Shown here: piece after piece, positions 61,056 through 64,000 of the stretch
Numbering within the stretch: position 1 is the stretch's first letter
Layout of the letters: each line of letters starts with the position of its first letter
Origin: a virus
Reading direction: 5' to 3' (one strand)
IMG/VR virus record: IMGVR_UViG_3300009285_002342
Span: 51,126-115,125 of that record
Length of the DNA stretch: 64,000 nucleotides
Made by a program: the position numbers and the translations under genes
Notes under the pieces: generated by a model
What the model saw: only the letters and a program-made list of their open reading frames with translations
What the model was told of the DNA's origin: nothing
Database searches by the model: none

Positions 61056-61348
61056 CTTTTTTCCTCCTTTTTGTCAATACGTCTTAGAATGTTTATTTTA
61101 TCGTCAGTTTCCATTGGCAATCTTTTTGTACTTAACCACGTAAGCAAGAGGATTACCAATTGCCCAACCTCCTCTCGGTTAAGGTGAAAATCCCGGCCGA
61201 CGAAAAGAAAGCTGCTACCTGGATTTTCTAAAGAATCTTTGTCTTCGCCTATAGCGGAAGATTCCTGAACAAGTTTTTCTATATTTCCGTTCGGATAAGC
61301 CGGATGCTCAATTACGATAAAACCTCTATCTGTTTTTCTCGCTTCCAT
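61052..61348 (-). CDS. Hypothetical phage protein
   Basis: KTDRGF..VQESSA..HLNREEV..L. Confidence 0.55.
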   Translation of the reverse strand: MEARKTDRGFIVIEHPAYPNGNIEKLVQESSAIGEDKDSLENPGSSFLFVGRDFHLNREEVGQLVILLLTWLSTKRLPMETDDKINILRRIDKKEEKR

Positions 61349-61359
61349 ATCTTCTCCCT

Positions 61360-61450
61360 AATCGTTTTTAAGACGCTTTCCGGTTTTACCCGTAGGGTAT
61401 ATCGGAAAAATTTAGATCGTTTAACCTAAGCGATTCTACGAAGCCTAGAA
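61360..61450 (-). repeat. Dispersed ~95-bp element, copy F (inverted)
   Basis: 49 bp identical to copy B. Confidence 0.9.
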
Positions 61451-61456
61451 GCCTAT

Positions 61457-62995
61457 TTATTCCCGCTTCCGTAGTATCTCCTCTATGGTTAGAAGTTTCG
61501 TAGCCATAATTTCATCAAGCAGTGTGAAGCGAGAAGTTCTCATCGTCTTAACTAAATTCGGCAGCGCATAATAATCCATCCGCGAAACATCTCTCTTTTC
61601 GAACGGAATATTTGCCTTAATGCACCTTTCAGAAAATACATCCGTTTCACCGGGAACCCAATAATGATAAACCGTAGGTTCTACGCCGAATTTTGCGGAA
61701 TATTTTCGGTAGACATCGGAAAAAAACGGGAAATCATTTTCACCGCCATCCGAACATACCGCAATTCCGTTTACGATGATTCCCTTTTCGGCAATCAGGT
61801 CTAAACCGCAACCGATATTCGTTCCGCCGGAAGCGTTAATTCTTCGCGTTTCATTTTTGATTTCCTCTAACGTCTTCCCGGTAACGTCATACGCCAGAGG
61901 TTCGTTATTAAAGAATACAAGATAAATTTTACCTTTAACTTGTTGTGCAATCAGGGCTGCGATATTTTTGGCTAATTCTACCGACCGTTCCATAGATCCG
62001 GATCGATCCCCTAGCACCAACCAATCCCCTTCGATACCGCCTAACTGTTCTAATTTTTCTTCCTGTACCCTTTGCATTTTTTGCGCAACTTTAACGCTTA
62101 CCTTTTCCGCAGCCTTTCCGGTCTTTAAGGTAGAAACCTTTTTATCAGCGGCCACCTTCCGAAGCGCAGCATCATAACCGGATTTCAAAATCGGATTATC
62201 CATTACCCCCATTCTCTCGAAAGCAGCGGTATTCGTTAAAACTTCATTTCCGCTCATTCTTTCGAGTAGCGCAAGAATAATATCCGGTTTATCTTTTATT
62301 CCGCCTACGGCACCTACAGCGATAAGAAACGGAATTTTATGATTCAGGATCGTTCCGGCAGCTTCCGTAGGATTCATATTTCGCAAATTTTTAATCGCTT
62401 CGAAAACAGATCCGTTCGGATATTCGTTTTCGAAAAGGATTTTTTGTGCGAAAGGCGCAGGTCTAACGTGAAACTTAGCATAAAGTTCCTTTAATGCTTT
62501 TCGATGTTGTACTGCCGTCTTATTCCACCATCTCCTGTTTTCTTCCATTGCCCGAAGGTATCTTTCGCCGGCCGAATACAGTAAAGCGCGGGAAGCCTTA
62601 GCGGGATGAGAAACGGAAACGTTAACCTTCGCTTTTTTCTTAACGGTTTTTCCTTTAACGGAAGTCTTTTGGAAAATTTCTAATTCGCCTTTGGCTAAAC
62701 CTTGCGAAAATTTAAGAGCCTTCGTAAAGGAGATAGGGTCTAAAGAAATGATATGCGCGATTGCGTTTTCGTGTAACTCCAGATCCCATTCCCCTCTTAA
62801 CGCTAAGACAGGAAATGCAATTTTCGAATCGCGAATTTCACCCTTCTTTGCATTCCAGGCGATAAGATGAGCGAAAATTTCCGGCTCTTCCATTGCTGCT
62901 CTTAAACCGGTTTTCGCATAGACGGAAAGATCGCCGTGCCCGATGGAGATTAAAGATTGGATAAGCTGTTGCTTGGAGATAGTCGATTTTTCCAT
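61457..62995 (-). CDS. Ro60/TROVE-like protein with C-terminal vWA domain
   Basis: Helical N-terminal region (EP.IFAHL..W....GEIRD) plus MIDAS DRSGSM, GGT, SDGGEN; lies directly downstream of Y-like RNAs. Confidence 0.75.
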   Translation of the reverse strand: MEKSTISKQQLIQSLISIGHGDLSVYAKTGLRAAMEEPEIFAHLIAWNAKKGEIRDSKIAFPVLALRGEWDLELHENAIAHIISLDPISFTKALKFSQGLAKGELEIFQKTSVKGKTVKKKAKVNVSVSHPAKASRALLYSAGERYLRAMEENRRWWNKTAVQHRKALKELYAKFHVRPAPFAQKILFENEYPNGSVFEAIKNLRNMNPTEAAGTILNHKIPFLIAVGAVGGIKDKPDIILALLERMSGNEVLTNTAAFERMGVMDNPILKSGYDAALRKVAADKKVSTLKTGKAAEKVSVKVAQKMQRVQEEKLEQLGGIEGDWLVLGDRSGSMERSVELAKNIAALIAQQVKGKIYLVFFNNEPLAYDVTGKTLEEIKNETRRINASGGTNIGCGLDLIAEKGIIVNGIAVCSDGGENDFPFFSDVYRKYSAKFGVEPTVYHYWVPGETDVFSERCIKANIPFEKRDVSRMDYYALPNLVKTMRTSRFTLLDEIMATKLLTIEEILRKRE

Positions 62996-63026
62996 TTTAA
63001 TCTGTTCTCCTTTCTAAAAGTTTAAA

Positions 63027-63103
63027 TGGCAGGCCATGAAGGATTCGAACCTCCAACCTACGGAATCAAAGTCCGATGCTCTACCGGATTGAGCTAATGG
63101 CCT
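63027..63103 (-). tRNA. tRNA-Gln(TTG)
   Basis: Full cloverleaf, anticodon loop CTTTGAT, encoded CCA. Confidence 0.92.
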
Positions 63104-63109
63104 AAAAAG

Positions 63110-63195
63110 TGGTGGGCGGGGAAGGAGTTGAACCTTCGTTGTTTCCCCGTCACGGATTTACAGTCCGCTGCAATCGCCACTATGCGCACCCGCCC
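63110..63195 (-). tRNA. tRNA-Tyr(GTA)
   Basis: Loop CTGTAAA, long variable arm, encoded CCA. Confidence 0.92.
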
Positions 63196-63210
63196 GTTAA
63201 AAACAAAAAA

Positions 63211-63276
63211 TCGGGATAAGTCACCTGAGCATTAATTGTATTTCCAATATACATGTAGGCTCAAGCAGTATCCCGA
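63211..63276 (-). ncRNA. Minimal Y-like RNA (conserved stem, no tRNA domain)
   Basis: TCGGGATA..TGAGC-CTACATG-[GTAT hairpin]-TTAAT-GCTCA-GGTGACT-TATCCCGA. Confidence 0.7.
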
Positions 63277-63291
63277 TTTTTTAAAAGTTTT

Positions 63292-63434
63292 TTGGGGATG
63301 AGTCAAAAGCGCTAACTTTTTCTGTGCTCTAACCGGGCTGAGCTACCGCTGTCATTTTTTATTGGGACAGCGGGAAGGATTTGAACCTTCGACCCCAGGC
63401 TCCTATAGCATGTATGCGCTTTAGGTATCCCCAA
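63292..63434 (-). ncRNA. YrlA-type RNA (permuted T-arm / closed acceptor / D-arm on the conserved stem)
   Basis: GGGGAT..AAAGCGC-ATACATG..GAAGG TTCAAAT CCTTC, CCGCTGTC-loop-GACAGCGG, TA GCTC..GAGC..GCGCTTT-TGACTC-ATCCCC. Confidence 0.85.
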
Positions 63435-63437
63435 AAT

Positions 63438-63545
63438 TGGGTTGGGCCGGGTAGGATTGATTACCTGCACGATAGCCTTTATTTGAGGCCGATGCTGCAA
63501 CGCTCTGCGTCCGCTGAATCCTCGTCTTGACTACGCCCCGGCCCA
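63438..63545 (-). ncRNA. Unclassified tRNA-like structured RNA
   Basis: 8-bp terminal stem TGGGCCGG/CCGGCCCA + ACCCA tail, degenerate T-arm GCAGG-TAATCAAT-CCTAC, no canonical anticodon arm. Confidence 0.55.
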
Positions 63546-63553
63546 TAAACGAT

Positions 63554-63700
63554 TACGGGAATAAGTTAATCAGGCTTAATGTTTTACATAATACTGATTT
63601 CAAGTCAGTCGCCTTTAGCCACTAGGCAATATTCCCCGAAGGAAATAGAAGGAATCGAACCTTCGATTATTTGCATGTATGCCCGAAAGGTATTCCCGTA
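63554..63700 (-). ncRNA. Y-like RNA carrying a circularly permuted tRNA-Ser(TGA) opened in the variable arm
   Basis: T-arm GAAGG TTCGATT CCTTC; acceptor TATTTCC-TTCG-GGGAATA; D-arm GCCT..AGGC; anticodon arm ACTGA CTTGAAA TCAGT; all inside the TACGGGAATA/TATTCCCGTA stem. Confidence 0.85.
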
Positions 63701-63708
63701 AAATTCGG

Positions 63709-63835
63709 TATCGGCAGTGAGTCGGAAGCGGTTATTGGATTTGCTTGCTGGATTTGAACCAGCGACACACGGTTTATGAGACCGATGCTCAACCAACTGA
63801 GCTAAAGCATGTATCCGCTACCATTACCGCCGATA
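63709..63835 (-). ncRNA. Y-like RNA carrying an unpermuted tRNA(CAT) whose acceptor stem continues into the conserved stem
   Basis: TATCGGCGGT..AGCGG-ATACA-TGCTT TA GCTC..GAGC A TCGGT CTCATAA ACCGT..GCTGG TTCAAAT CCAGC AAGCA..TAA CCGCT..GACTC ACTGCCGATA; no free CCA end. Confidence 0.82.
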
Positions 63836-63868
63836 TTTTTTAAAAGAGCGTTTGATTTTTCTTGACTG

Positions 63869-63897
63869 ATTATATCCAAAAAATTCAGATTTTTAAA
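63869..63897 (-). promoter_or_regulatory. Promoter for the RNA cluster, TTTAAA-17-TATAAT
   Basis: Lies about 30 nt upstream of the first Y-like RNA. Confidence 0.55.
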
Positions 63898-64000
63898 GAA
63901 AAAAATAAAAATTTTTTGACCCTAATTTTAAGGGGTAGCGAAATGTCCTATAAAATCAAGGGGTAACGTCGATATAAAAATAGGGACGTATGCGCAAGGC

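Noticed and set aside
63438-63545. tRNA-Sec
   Set aside because: The 8-bp acceptor is suggestive, but there is no anticodon arm with a CUUCAAA loop and no canonical T-loop.
63312-63796. Short ORFs 63312-63500 and 63605-63796
   Set aside because: They overlap structured RNA genes and are likely spurious.
63947-63955. Self-target of the TnpB guide (CCTATAAAA)
   Set aside because: Only a 9-bp AT-rich match, expected by chance.
1-64000. Stop-codon reassignment
   Set aside because: Long conserved genes are intact in code 11, all three stops are used, and no suppressor tRNA is present.

Overview
This window is 64 kb of a tailed dsDNA phage genome (HK97-type head, long non-contractile tail), with almost all genes on the minus strand. 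In transcription order (right to left) it contains: (1) an RNA cluster with 2 ordinary tRNAs, 4 Y-RNA-like RNAs and 1 tRNA-like RNA, followed by a Ro60/TROVE-vWA gene; (2) a lone plus-strand TnpB; (3) terminase, portal, protease and capsid genes; (4) Ser/Thr-rich virion proteins next to a Maf/GT29-like glycosyltransferase and a DGR-type fibre; (5) head-tail and tail genes, including three tail-tube paralogs; (6) lysis genes; (7) a phage sigma factor and many small early genes; (8) a replication module (SF2 helicase, primase, initiator with iterons, DnaB-like helicase, clamp, DnaE); and (9) a large putative DNA-modification block (PAPS-reductase-like, 2 radical SAM enzymes, MTase-fold protein, aldo-keto reductase, DUF2156-like GNAT, Mom-like GNAT, HD hydrolases, split or truncated amino-MTases). 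The most striking feature is the Ro60-associated RNA array at 63.2-63.8 kb. There, one conserved Y-like stem is grafted onto tRNA bodies at three different arms (anticodon, variable arm, acceptor), and two of these RNAs keep intact anticodon loops. All calls come from reading motifs by eye; no database searches were run.
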